A stretch of DNA of 63,171 nucleotides, counting the filler, from Basidiobolus ranarum (Eukaryota): the NCBI GenBank assembly GCA_040143965.1. It is 14 parts of 14 records of this genome, joined end to end, with 100 filler letters (N's around TTAATTAATTAA, not from the genome) between each part and the next. Parts side by side here need not be neighbours in the genome. Positions count along the whole stretch, not along the records: positions 22,676 to 27,103 come from JASJQH010008842.1; positions 27,204 to 31,629 come from JASJQH010008843.1; positions 31,730 to 36,151 come from JASJQH010008844.1; positions 36,252 to 40,667 come from JASJQH010008845.1; 10 more parts are not named here. The stretch is one strand, 5' to 3'. Of the stretch, positions 25,761 to 38,239 are shown piece by piece (position 1 is the first letter of the stretch; each line of letters begins with the position of its first letter). A program made the translations under genes and the position numbers. The notes under the pieces were generated by a model. It worked only from the letters and a program-made list of their open reading frames with translations, searched no databases and was not told the DNA's origin.

Positions 25761-27073
25761 TTAGAGTGATTGTAAATATGGATGCAAGGGCTTGGATTTG
25801 TGTTTTCTTGTTAAACCAACTCGAGCTGGACCACCAAAAACAATTGGACTACTCGGGCTAGAATCTAGATTCAAATACATTAGATAATACATATATAATG
25901 ATAACAACAGTGAGAAAATATATTTACTAGAATTGGGTTGAGTCACAAGTTTGTTTGTCAAAAGCGGTTTCACAGAGCTAGAAGCTTTCAATCCAATGGA
26001 TGCTTTACAGACACCAGTACTGGAAAATGTATTGCGTATTTGACGTGTCACTTCAACTGTTCGGATATTCTTAAGTGGTGTTATTGAGGGATTAGGAAGT
26101 GACATGGATTTGGATGAAGATATGCAGTTAATTCTCTTAACTGGGCTATAGACATCAAGATCATGTATATCTAAGTGAGTACCATCGCTGTTTTCACTCA
26201 AGTAATCACCTTTCTTAGGTTTAGATGTTATCAGTCTCTTGACCTTGAGACCGGATGATGCTTTGAGCTTTGGCATGGGTTTGGAAACTATATCCTCAAA
26301 CTCATCTTCACTTTCGCCGCTCATCTTCTCTGAGATCTTCGATTGACTAGAGGGGAGTTCAGAATTTCGTTCTGATTTCGTCTCAGTATATGTCAATGTG
26401 CTTTCGTGTTTATTGTATGGTTCAACCGTTTGGAATCTTTTTTTGCGTGCCGAGGGTGCAGGACTTTGCGGATACTTAACTAGGTTCTCATTCATTTCCA
26501 TATGAATGTTCATATAATCGTAATATGTATGTGATTTGCCTAAATTATGTTTCGGGATAACAATATCTACCTCAGTCATCGCATTTGGGGTAGTCAAAAC
26601 CGATTGCTTAGATTTGCTCGGAGATGCGTTTGAAAGAACAGCATCAGTATGTTCTATTTGTAAGCTGTCACCTTGCTGATTAGGCACTGAAGATTGTGTA
26701 TAGGAAATTTGACTCTCGCATTTCATTTTCGGTTTAGTCTGAGGGACTAGAGCTACTTCCTCACTACTTGTTACATCCGTTCCGCCTGAGCCACTCAAGT
26801 TGTCATTATCGAACGAATTCTCAACTTCTAAATTAGTCAAACTTTACTAAGCATAAGAATTATCCAAAATAGTTCAGTCAATATTTTCTACCTTTAAGGC
26901 TGGATATCTCTTTTGTAACCTTTGTCTTCAGTTGACCTTCTTCTCCATCTTCAAAACGTGATATATCGTCTGAAACCTGAGATTCTGAATCAAATGTTTG
27001 TGAAAACGAAACACAAGAGACATCACCATTATCTCGTGGCAAATTCTGCTGGCATCCAAATGGGGATTCTGTG
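25761..27073 (-). CDS. 3' exons of a Ser/Lys-rich disordered protein with a C-terminal RAD51AP1-like motif
   Basis: Long CpG-normal ORF. Introns at about 26891-26828 (CTAAT branch, TTTAG acceptor) and about 25927-25865. Ends RVGLTRKHKSKPLHPYLQSL*. Confidence 0.75.
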
Positions 27074-27204
27074 CTACATTAAGAACGAGAATGATCTCCG
27101 AGANNNNNNNNNNNNNNNNNNNNNNNNNNNNNNNNNNNNNNNNNNNNTTAATTAATTAANNNNNNNNNNNNNNNNNNNNNNNNNNNNNNNNNNNNNNNNN
27201 NNNC

Positions 27205-27345
<141 letters not shown>

Positions 27346-27699
27346 GTAAATTATTTGCTCGTTGCTTAATCATGTCTTTAGATTTAATTTATAATCTAAC
27401 ATTTGAATGGTCTTATTTGTGTAATTAGAATTCATGAATTTATAAAGTTGTATTATTGAAACACTTGATCTCAAATGTGAATTTTTTATTGATTTTTTGG
27501 TAGTGAAAATGGGTCAATACACACCGCTGTTAGGGTGGATGTCGCAATCGCTGGAATTGATGGCAATTAAATAGACACTGGGAAATTTACATAATCTGAA
27601 GCAGCTACTGTTGCTTGCGTGATACTTGGTGATTTGCTGTACTGAACCAGTCGCTTGGCACCCAAGTTTATGTTATTTACACTACAGCTAAGAGATACT

Positions 27700-27912
27700 T
27701 CAAAATCCTATTCCACAATGGTATCCAAGCTTCATATATTTGGGTGCCCGTGGATGGCGTCCATCGATGATATTTGCAATTGGTTGTTTGGGTGTTATTA
27801 ATGCGACGAGACGACGAGAAGTCTGCTCCCATCGGGAGACGTCGCGAATCTCCACCAGAACATGAAGAATGGTAAGAAGTATAGAGACGACAATGAATAA
27901 CGAAGAGTCCAT
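27700..27912 (-). CDS. Putative 70-aa protein with an N-terminal signal/TM segment
   Basis: LFIVVSILLTILHVLV hydrophobic stretch, A at -3, TATAAAA on the minus strand at 27984-27990, CpG-normal. Confidence 0.5.
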   Translation of the reverse strand: MDSSLFIVVSILLTILHVLVEIRDVSRWEQTSRRLVALITPKQPIANIIDGRHPRAPKYMKLGYHCGIGF

Positions 27913-29484
27913 CTTGGAATTAGATCGGTGAGCGTGGTTAGAGCAGGAACAATGATGTTTTTATGCTCTACACTCTCTTCTGGTTTTATACCTTTTTACT
28001 CCATCAAAGCGAGATTCCCAATTTGGAACCAAGCAGGGAGACATGAATATAAGTAATATCACATTAAATCCGAACTAGAAATCTGAATCGTTAGTCTATT
28101 TTCTGATGAACAAGGTTGTGAAACGACTTACGGGTTATACTTTTGCATCTGAGCTATGACAGCCCCGTGATCAGGCGATAAGTTGCTTGCTTTTTCTGTG
28201 TTCTTTGACAACCACCTCATATATCTCCCAACCCCTAATTAATCTATACTGAACTGGTTAATATCGAATTTGCCGCATTCACCTTTTTATAGAACACAGG
28301 TCCTAGCACACTATTAGCGCTGTTTTCTGCGCATGTTTTAAGCGCAACAATCGTTGATGTCAATGCTCAATTTTCTTGTAATTATAGTCGCTTGGAAGAT
28401 TCGATACAAAGAGGATGTGAATGGCTAGATCACATGCTTACTTTGTGGTTGAGACAATGGGGTCTTTAAATGCTATTACCACATTAGTATATTTAACAAC
28501 AGCTGTGCAATTAGAACAATCAATAGTCTACCAATCATCGATTCATTGAATGCGCATACAAAGTTAGGGATGAGTTAGTATATTTCCAGCAGAGACCTTG
28601 AATGAATATCTATAACCGCCTGCCTTTACCCCCATGTGCTGTAATGCAGGGATCTTTTCATGTTAGTTTATGCTCTCTGCTATGTCGCTTGCTTCTCCAG
28701 CATGAATATTATGTGGTTCTCCCAGTGTAGAAATTGTCGGAAGAACTTTAGCCTTAAATGATCACAAATTGTATTTATTCTAGTTTGTAATGAGTCGATA
28801 TACAACAGACTACTTTAAACTATAATAGTGGCTTTGATTTTGATGATGTACTCCTTGGTCGAAATTTAGTTTGGAATATAGCTCAAAACTATGAAGCCCG
28901 GTTTAATTTGAGATACGCTTTATCGATATCTCCTGATATACCATCTGGTCGCTCTGAGGGCCATTTTATCATGGCCAACATGAAATATAATCTTGAAGTT
29001 CGTAGATTTGAATATTAACAATTACCAGCATTTCCTCTTCCATTCCAAAACCTATTCCTCCCACTTGTCCAGCTTATCTGGATCGCAGACCGAAACATCA
29101 AATCTCTCAATTCATTGATCTATGTATTGTATAGAACCTAATATATACAATCTAGATACAAATTGAGCCACTTTCGAGATGTTGTTCAATGTATGGTTAT
29201 TTGTGATGTCTCGAGTAAGTTTGGATCATCATCTCCATGGGCTTGGAGTTAATGGATTCCTATTACTAATTCTCTAGTTCAATCTCGACCCTCATTCTCC
29301 TCTCGACAATCCATAATAGTTTGAGACTTCCATCTAACACAGTCAATTTGTACCACGCAAGTATTCCTTTTAAATTGACAACTTTATATTTTCATGTGAA
29401 ATGCTTTGAATAATACATCTTCTTGTGTACCAAGATGAAATACATGGATAGGAATTTTGAAAAAGAATGGGAATTCCTGCACCG

Positions 29485-30440
29485 TTAGAACTTTGAACTA
29501 GGGCTCCAATCCTTTTCAACCTTTTGAATTAACTCATCACGGTCAAAAGTACGGACCTCTGAATCGTCACGCCATGTAAGTAGAGGATCAGTGAATGGCA
29601 TCCATAGACTTTCGAGATCATATCTCTTACGAGATTCGGGGGAGAAGATTTGAACGACCATTTTCGAGAGATCAATCAAGGTCCAATCTTCACTGCTCCT
29701 ACCTTCCACGTGAATATGTGAAGGTATTGACTTATCGAAAGGGCGGTGACGTTTAACCTGTAAATTATCCCTATCTTTTAGTTCATGTAGACTCGAAATG
29801 GACTGACAGGAAATTCCTAAACTGGAATCATGTATGCAAGTTACCATGCATCACAATAACTAACCTTTCTCAACAACTCCCCAGTTAACGAATCCAAGTG
29901 ACGAGCAGAAGCTGCTTCAGCGACAATCATATAGTCCGTCCACTCACATTTTCTTCTCATATCCAATACCACAAGATTTTGTGCCTTTTCTTTTTTCAAG
30001 AAATTCACACATTTTTCCACGGTGAAAATACCGTCTTCAGCGAGGATTTTTTCTTCGTTCATATCGTATTTTTCTCCGGTTTGAAGGTCTTGAGCCTTAC
30101 GTTGCCAAAGTGGTACGAAACTTGCTTTGTCTTCGTCAATTAAAGAAGATTGTTCATATTTGGGATCAACGAACCAGTCATCATTAGCGTCTTCTTGGTC
30201 TTCGTCGTCATCCTGTAAAGCAAATAATTCGGGAAATTCCTCAGGATTGAGATTTTCTACTGTCTGGTCTTCAGACACTGAAGTTTTGCTAGATTCGGCA
30301 GAGTCTATATCGGGAGTGTTAGTGTTTTTAGTACCAAGGAACCGGCTCCGATAGAATAAAGGCTTAGAGGAAGCGATAACTCTTGGAGACAGAGTTGTCG
30401 TTGTGAGTACTTTCGGTATTCTCAGAAGTTCACGTAACAT
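29485..30440 (-). CDS. MALSU1: Mitochondrial ribosome-silencing factor RsfS/Iojap family (MALSU1 / ATP25 N-domain like), 2 exons (30440-29865, 29757-29485)
   Basis: Arg/Ser-rich presequence from MLRELLRIPK. EKAQNLVVLDMRRKCEWTDYMIVAEAASARHL and EGRSSEDWTLIDLSKMVVQIFSPESRKRYDLESLW. GTTAGT..CAG intron in phase 0. Confidence 0.9.
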
Positions 30441-31278
30441 TAAGTATATGATATAGAAATAAGTGTAAAGGGGATAACTAAATGATATTAGATATAACTC
30501 TATGAAAGTTTTCTTGAATACTAAGGAATAGGATATTGTTGAACTGACCAAAAAAATCAAAATTTGTTTCATAAATTTCACAATTATGTCCAAATGATTA
30601 GAAAAAAAATCCGGTGACCGTTTTTTACAAAGTAAAAATTTGTGAACATTCTAACTGCGGATAGAGATTTAAAGACAAATTTAATACCAAGAATTATCGA
30701 TATTGGTTAGACAGTCAATCTACTCTAGCAATCTTTATAACCAATGTAGATGAGAAATCAGGAGAATGGATGAAGAGCAAGAATCTACCAGCATTTGGGA
30801 AGAGTGAATATTGGTGCTGTAGCCACTTTGACAACAAAGGTGTTTATTCAGACAACTGCCAAAAAATATTCCTACAATGGTCCAAATTAAAGAGAAACAT
30901 AGGTACAGACTTCATAGTCAGACATGCGGTATATGACGTTTCACTTGGGAGTCTGTTTAATATACACGAACTCATCATTGAATGCAAGAAGCTAAGTGGT
31001 TATTTGCTTTTATGGGAGTGTAGGATTGATGAGGAAATTATACCAGCTAGAGTTAGGGATTTTGCCCATTCAAGACATAAATCCAAGTCTGTTTCAGAGA
31101 TAGAGCCCTTTTCTATGTTTGAGTGATTTTCATGTATGATATTAGGATAGGTAATTGGTCATTACTGAATGTATCTGTTATGTTCCTTTTCAATTTCTCC
31201 CAATGGTTTTATTAAATAATGAAGAGAGTAGTATCATGACCGGCAAGATATAGCTACTATCATATGAATAGTGTTACT

Positions 31279-31629
31279 TCAGTTAATCTTTACATCTGCG
31301 CAATTAACATAGTTCTCTTTTGTGACCTCCGCATTCCAGTGAAATCTCAGTACGCATTGTTCACAGACAGTTCCTTTGGGAAGTTGGACTGAAGTGCTCT
31401 GACTACCGGTTTTCTCGGCACAATTCCAGGTATGAATTGTCTTGAAATCGGAGTCTGGATGAGTCGATAGGTCAATACTACAGCTACCTTTATGTGCAGC
31501 ACCAATCTCCCAGCTCCTCCCCAACCTAGAGCCGGATTTGTAGGTTGGACTCGTCTAACCGGGAGGAATACCACCACAAGGCATTCTATTATTTGCACCA
31601 CGCGTGATAGTTAAGCCATTATCTTTATC
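31279..31629 (-). pseudogene. LPMO-like / chitin-binding small Cys-rich protein, 5' truncated, with in-frame TAG at 31555-31557
   Basis: MPCGGIPPG*TSPTYKSG..WEIGAAHKGSCSIDLS..VQLPKGTVCEQCVLRFHWNAEVTKENYVNCADVKIN; the Y-x-x-CADV-x-I end is typical of LPMO-fold families. Confidence 0.7.
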
Positions 31630-31729
31630 NNNNNNNNNNNNNNNNNNNNNNNNNNNNNNNNNNNNNNNNNNNNTTAATTAATTAANNNNNNNNNNNNNNN
31701 NNNNNNNNNNNNNNNNNNNNNNNNNNNNN

Positions 31730-34700
31730 TTTAAGATGGGGAATCAACGGTATGTAAGCCAAATATGAACAATATTTACCTGATTCAGTGATTGCCAATT
31801 GTGTGCAAACAGTACATGACTTCAGGTTTTTCAGATCACCAGTGAAAGCCAAACAACCATTTGGATATGAAGGTAGTTTAATTAATGAAGTATTATAAGT
31901 TATACAATTGACAAGTGTTTTCCACTTGTACCAGGTCTGTAGCAAGCAACAGTTGCCAATCAACTGTGATAAAAGTGTAAGAAACCAATAAACATATGGC
32001 TGCTAAGATTGGATTGAACTCTGCACTCCTTAATAATCATAGCTGCTTCCTTTACAGTAAGTGTTATGTGTGGACTAATGTTTACCAATAATAAAGAGTC
32101 CATAACAAAACAATTGTCTTCTTCTTCAACTTCTGATGTACTGCCATCAGTACAGAAATAACCAAGGTCAATATCTAGCAGCAAGTCCTCAAAGTTGTCT
32201 AGACTTATTGGTTTAACCAAAGTTGCATTTCTACCTACAGCATTCTAGACATATAACTGTGGTAAATCCAAGGTATCTTTTCAACTGGTCATTTCAGTGT
32301 TGAAATTAGCCCCAAGCACAAAGGCAAGCAAAAAGCTGCACAAACACCACAAATCACCCTCAGTAGTGTCACACTACAAGGATGTACAAAACTAGTCAAA
32401 ATGCTTGGGAAGTATTTTCAAAAGTATGAAGGGAAAAATGCAGTGCAAGTATGAAGAAAGTGGCTTCAGAAGAAGAACATTCAACCTGACATTCAGTCTG
32501 GAGTGAACTGTGCAGATATATGGGAGAAACTTGATACAGAGTGGCACAATATTGCAGGGTATCTGCCAGATAGCTTGAAGAATGTTGATTCCACATTGTT
32601 AACACAATGGAGGGCTTTGATGGAGATTTTAATGCAAACTTGTGTTTGGTATGAAGAACTCTATAAAAATATTCTGGAGAATATACCAAAGGGACTAGTG
32701 ATTTTGAACATGACAAATTAGTATCCAACTGGTAATTGTGTAAAATTTGAGTTTCATTTTTTGCACATGTGTTGATCCATAGTTCTCTGAGATTGTAGCA
32801 AATCATGTGCCACTTTTTGCAAGATCTTGAAATTTCACACCTGAAACTGAAAAAATGGTTAAAATCAAATCTAACTTGTTGATTTTATGATGGTCAGTAA
32901 ATGGTCATTCCAAATGGATTAAAATTGTGATGGTATTCCTACAATAACAATCCTCAAATTTCTGTTAGGGATATATATCAAGTAGCTTCACAACAAATAT
33001 TCAACTTGACATTCAGTCTGGTTGACTGTACAGATATCTGGGACAAACTTAATCAAGAGTAGAACCATGTTGCAGGGCATCTGCCAGATAGCTGGAAGAA
33101 TGTTAATTCAGCAATGTTAATAAAATGCTGAGCTTTAATGAAGATGCTTTTACAAACTTGTATTGGAGATGAGCTAAACCTTGGGTATGATAAACTCTAC
33201 AAAAATATTCAGGAGAATATATCAAAGAAAAAAGGGATTTTGGTGATGACAAATCAGCATTCAAGTGGTAAATGTGTAAGAATTGAGTTACATTTTTAGC
33301 ACATGTTTTGATCCATATTGTTCTGAGATTGCAGCCAATCATGTGCAACTATTCTGTGGGATCTTGGAATTTTACTCTTGACACTGAAAAAATTATTAAA
33401 ATCAAATCAAACTTGATGATTTTATGATTGCAAGTAAATGGTCAATCCAGAGTGGATTCAAATTGTTATGGTTTTCTTAAAATTACAATCCTCAAATTTT
33501 ATGTTAAGGTTGAGCTATGAAAACCCCAGGCTTCACAAAACAAAAATTCACAAGCATGGTCTTGATAAAAAGTCATCAGCGCTACCAAGGCTGGTGAGTA
33601 TCAATAGATATAACCACACAATGACCACTGTAGTTTGGTTTACTGAGTCCATTGGCTAAGCTTTACCTCAAAGCTTTGGTATCATTGTTGAAAGTGAAGA
33701 TACTACAGAGTCATCCCAGTTATATGGCTGAAATGATGGATGTAGAGATGCAAGATTTGTCTGGTAAGTAAGTCCAGAAAACTTTGAGGACATGCTGCTA
33801 GATGTTGACCTTGGTTATTCCAGTACCAATAGCTGAATAACAGACAAAGGTGAAGAGGAAGGTAATGGTTTTGTTATCAATTCTTTGTTACTGACACACA
33901 TTAGTCCTTTAGAACAATCACAGTCAAGAAAGCACTTTTGATTATTGAGGAGTGGAGTGTGCAAACCAATCTTAGCAACCAGGGGTTTATTGGTAAACTT
34001 ACACCTTTACCACAATTGATTGGTAACTGTTACTTGACACAGACCTGATATAAGTGGAAAACACTTGTTGGGTATATGACTTATACTCCTTCACAATTAA
34101 ACTACCTTCATGTCCAAATGGTTTTTTGGCTTTACCAGTGATCAGAAAGCCCTGAAGTCATTCACTATTTGCACACAATTGGCCTTCACTAAATCAGGTG
34201 ACAACTGCTCATTTATGGCATACATTCCATTGATTTCACATCTCAAAGTACTGCTGAAATCACCAATGTATAGCTCATTGATATGGTACCAAAAGACTAA
34301 TAATGTACATCATGAAAGTGCCAATATACTTGATAGATATCACTACCAGAATTAGAAATGTCAAGGTCTGTTTAAGAACACATATGATCATTCAATAGTA
34401 CAACTCTTACAATTGACAAGTTTAATCTACCTGTGCCAGGAATGTAGCAAACAACAATTGCTAATCAAATGTCCCTAACCAAAATAAAATCAATTTGATC
34501 TGGATTGGATCCACCCTTCTGGATTGCAATTCCATCAGAGAGCCATCACAATATTGGTGGCTTGCATTCTACTAGGAATTTTGATGGTGTGATGGCAGTT
34601 TCTTGATGGTATTTTGATGGTATTCATGCAGGTTAAAATATTGATCCTCATATTTGGCATGTGTTATGTAATTTCCAGCAACTTTTATAAAAATCTAATA

Positions 34701-36151
34701 GTTGAATGGTAAATTACTGGGTTTACTACTGTAGGAATTAGAATTAATATGCATGCCTTTATTGAGATATTTTAGGCTTTGCATTCTAGCCATAAAGAGA
34801 ATCAAAAAATAAAAGAATCTCATTGTATTTAGTCTCTAAATATGAATATACTTGACTGATCAGACATAACACAACAACATCAGTATGCTTTTCCAGCAAA
34901 CTCAAGGCAAAAAAATTGCTAAACATCTGAAAATATGAATAGCACTGACACTTGGCAAATAGCTGACTTTTCTTAGCATAAACAATGAGAAAAAGCTCTA
35001 GAATTTTGGCATATATGTATGAAAGTGGACGGAGAGAGCAGCATCTTGCTGTAGCTCAAGTATAGCATTCTGAAGGTCTTGTATCATTGTTGCATGACTC
35101 TCTAACTGTTGACTAGTTGCTTCCAGATGCAGCATTAATTACAATATTGCGGCATTATTGCTTGTCATTGCCTGTATAGAAACTTCATAATTTTACTTAT
35201 GATTGCATACAAATGATTATGATGTTCTGCCTGTGATTCCCTTATTGTAATAATTCTATCCAAATTTTCTACAGAGGGTTGCTCAATAGTGGGTAAAGTA
35301 GCCATTTTGGAAGTTGATGGTCTTGATGGTGTTTTGGTTGAACTTTGCTCAACTATGGATTTACTACATAATTGGGAGATTACAATCTCTTCACTTGCAC
35401 TATCACTGGAAAGGAACACATCTGGTAAATTGATTAATGCTTCATCATTACTTGTGTTAGTGTCTGGCATGTTAATGCCTTCCAAAGTGGAGAGTGTGTT
35501 GCTAGACTGCTCATCAATTAAGTCCTCTGTTCTTGCTTGTTTTTTCCTTTTGTGCCAGTAGGCTTTGGCTTGGAAGCCAATTTTGACTTAGATTTTGAAT
35601 GCTTTTTGAATGGCATTCAAATTTTCAGATGGTAAACTTGGTGTAATGATATTGCTTAGAAACAGCTTCTAATAAACCAAAATTGCCATCAAATACTGGA
35701 AATATCTTGTAAATCTTTTGATGACTCATCTGTGTCACTGTCTCAGAATCAGCTGATGAAATTGATGGGCTATAGCTATATTACCACCCTTACATAGGAG
35801 GTGTTATTGTTTCTACAATATCCATTTCATGCTGCAACACAAATATTCAAAGAAGCCCTGTTATTATTGTAGCAAATTTGTGTGCTACAAAAGCTGGAGG
35901 CTTCATAGAAAAAATAATCACAAGCATGGTCACTGTACAAAGCCACCAGCTGCACAAAGCCTGGTGTATAACAACAGTAATAAATGCACTAAATCAACTT
36001 TAGTTTTGCCTATTGAGTTCACTGAGTGTAGTTTGCCTGAAAGTTTTGGTAACACTGCCAAAAGTCAAGATACCATGGAGTTACCACAGTTATATGACCA
36101 GAATGATGTAGGTCAAACTGCAACTTTGGTTAGCCCAGTAAGTCCATACAA
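31730..36151. mobile_element. Mosaic of nested CACTA/EnSpm-like fragments (transposase N-part on both strands, ORF2, termini at 32970, 33509, 34473)
   Basis: QTWYKWKTLV..PNGCLAFTGDLKNLKSCTVC..YIPLIPHLK (Transposase_21-type Cys region) at 31730-32060 (-) and 33940-34260 (+); repeated ORF2 segments. Confidence 0.88.
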
Positions 36152-36251
36152 NNNNNNNNNNNNNNNNNNNNNNNNNNNNNNNNNNNNNNNNNNNNTTAAT
36201 TAATTAANNNNNNNNNNNNNNNNNNNNNNNNNNNNNNNNNNNNNNNNNNNN

Positions 36252-36631
36252 AAGAAACAACCTACCACAGCACTTTCAACAACAGAAGCTGAATACATGG
36301 CTGCCTGTGAAGCACCAAAAGAAGCAATGTGGTTAAGAAAACTCTTAACAGATTTAGGTTATTCTCAAAATTCACCAACTACAATATTTCAAGATAATCA
36401 AAGTTGTATCAAATTAACTAAAAATCCCATGTTTCGTAATAGAAGTAAACATAGAGATATTAAGCATGACTTCACTAGAGAGACTATAGAGAATAAGCTT
36501 ATTGACTTAACTTATTGTTCTACAGAAGACATGTTTAATGTTATATTAACCAAATCATTAGCTAGACAGAAATTTGAGAAATTTAGACCTTTATTAGGTT
36601 TAGCTTATATGACTATTTATTTGAGGGAGAG
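36252..36631 (+). mobile_element. Copia RNase H end and PPT
   Basis: ALSTTEAEYMA, DNQSCIKL, RSKHRDIKH; PPT TTGAGGGAGAG. Confidence 0.93.
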
Positions 36632-36970
36632 TGTTGAAATTAGCATTGCCTAAACACCAATATAGTCATATATAGCTTAGTGCTTAGTTATTTTATAATT
36701 CACCAAGATATTATCACTTATTCTCAATTGGAATTTACTTAGAATATTGACATCAACTTAGAAGTTCTCAGATATATAGATTTTTCAAAGAAGCCCCAAA
36801 CTTTGCACACATGTTCCTGGGACCTTCCTTAACACATCTTACATGTTTGTTTGTTTACATCTTGACAAAACTATAAATTTCAACTTTCTACTCAATAAAT
36901 CATTAAGTGAAAACCACCAATTCCTCTAATTCTCCAAACCACTTTGAACAGGCTTGCAAATACTTTAACA
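36632..36970 (+). repeat. Copia LTR family A (3' LTR)
   Basis: TGTTGAAATTAGC...TACTTTAACA after the PPT; a short duplication of the LTR end follows. Confidence 0.9.
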
Positions 36971-37225
36971 CCAACAGGCTCCCAAATACTTTAACCTAAG
37001 CAACTATTTTCTTTTTTAACCTGGAGTAGAGCTTTGTGATAGGAGAAGAAAACTATGCAAAACTATCTGAAACCAATGTCCTGAAGTTCTTTTTCTTGCA
37101 GTAGCTTTTTCATTTTGATTTTCCAAACTTGATAATTGGTGCGATCCAATTTTTTGGAAGAGGGAAAATTTTCAGAAATTTGAGAAGTAGACATTACAGG
37201 GAGTATAAACATGGGGCATATAACC

Positions 37226-37800
37226 TGTTAAAATATTTTGGGAAATTAGAGAAGTTGGAGGTTTGCACTATCTGATTTATAGACATTTATAGTTTTGTCA
37301 AGATGTCAACAAATAAAAGTGTAGCATGTGTGCAAAGTTTGGGGCTTTGTTGAAAAATCTATATATCTGAGAACTGCTAAGCAAATTCCTCTTGAGGTGA
37401 TATCTTAGTTCAATATAGGATAACTGTTGGAGGATCTTGACATAATGGGGGTAGACTTTGGATATTAGAAGCAACTTATGATAGTGTGATTTAGTTACTT
37501 TATTCTTAAGAGTATATGGTGACTTATATAGTAGAAAAGTAAATCAATTGTTTGAGATATTCAGGAGTTTGTGTAATAAGATATAATAGTAAGTGGGGGT
37601 AATAAGACATACTTGTTATATAGATATAGAGATATTCCTATTTAGAATATAGGTGCTATAGATATGTTGCTTTCTGTTTCTGATGTATCTATCATAACTA
37701 AAGTTAACTATGATGTTGAATAAAGATTAATTATCCAACAATAACTAAATGCTAAGCTATATATGACTCTATAGGTGTTTAGGCAATGCTAATTTCAACA
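37226..37800 (-). repeat. LTR family A interrupted by a solo LTR-B
   Basis: TGTTAAAATA...CTAATTTCAACA with LTR-A sequence on both sides of 37425-37740. Confidence 0.85.
37425..37740 (-). repeat. Solo LTR family B with perfect 5-bp TSD ATAAC
   Basis: ATAAC (37420-37424) TGTTGGA...TCCAACA ATAAC (37741-37745); reverse complement of 16786-17068. Confidence 0.95.
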
Positions 37801-38239
37801 GTTTCATATTCCAAATCCAAGAAGTACATTTCAAGAAGCTTTAGAATGCTCTTGAGAAATGTTTAGAAAAATGAGTAGCCATTAATATTATGCATATTCC
37901 CAATATTTGTCCAATATCCAACATATATACTCTCATGGTAATACTGCAATGTTATTGAATGCAATAATCACAACATATCAATATAGATTATGTCCAAATA
38001 TATATCAGTAAACCTTAAGTTGATATTGTTTTAATGGTATAAAAGCTGAAGCTAATCCAATCAATAGGGTATGTTTGTAATGTGGATAAATACAAATGCT
38101 CCACAAGATGACTATATAAACCACACTATCGAGGCGACTTGGGTCTTGGAGGGATGGGCAGCGTGATATATGGTATTGGCATAGATGGTGTCTCTTAATT
38201 TACTAGGATAGAACAAATGAAAAAGATGTGTACATGCAG

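Noticed and set aside
30770..31126. 118-aa plus-strand ORF
   Set aside because: No recognisable motif and CpG-poor; it cannot be supported as a gene. The same applies to the many short antisense ORFs over the AKR, PPR, RsfS and transposon sequences.
31555..31557. TAG codon reassignment
   Set aside because: TAG ends other genes here (PPR at 38240, small ORF at 50760) and is absent in-frame from the conserved genes.
32299..32311. TGTTGAAATTAGC (LTR-A start) at 32299 and, on the minus strand, 47942, suggesting LTR-CACTA chimeras
   Set aside because: Homology between CACTA copies continues past this motif and the 42385 copy has the related GTTGAAATA. It is native ORF2 sequence.
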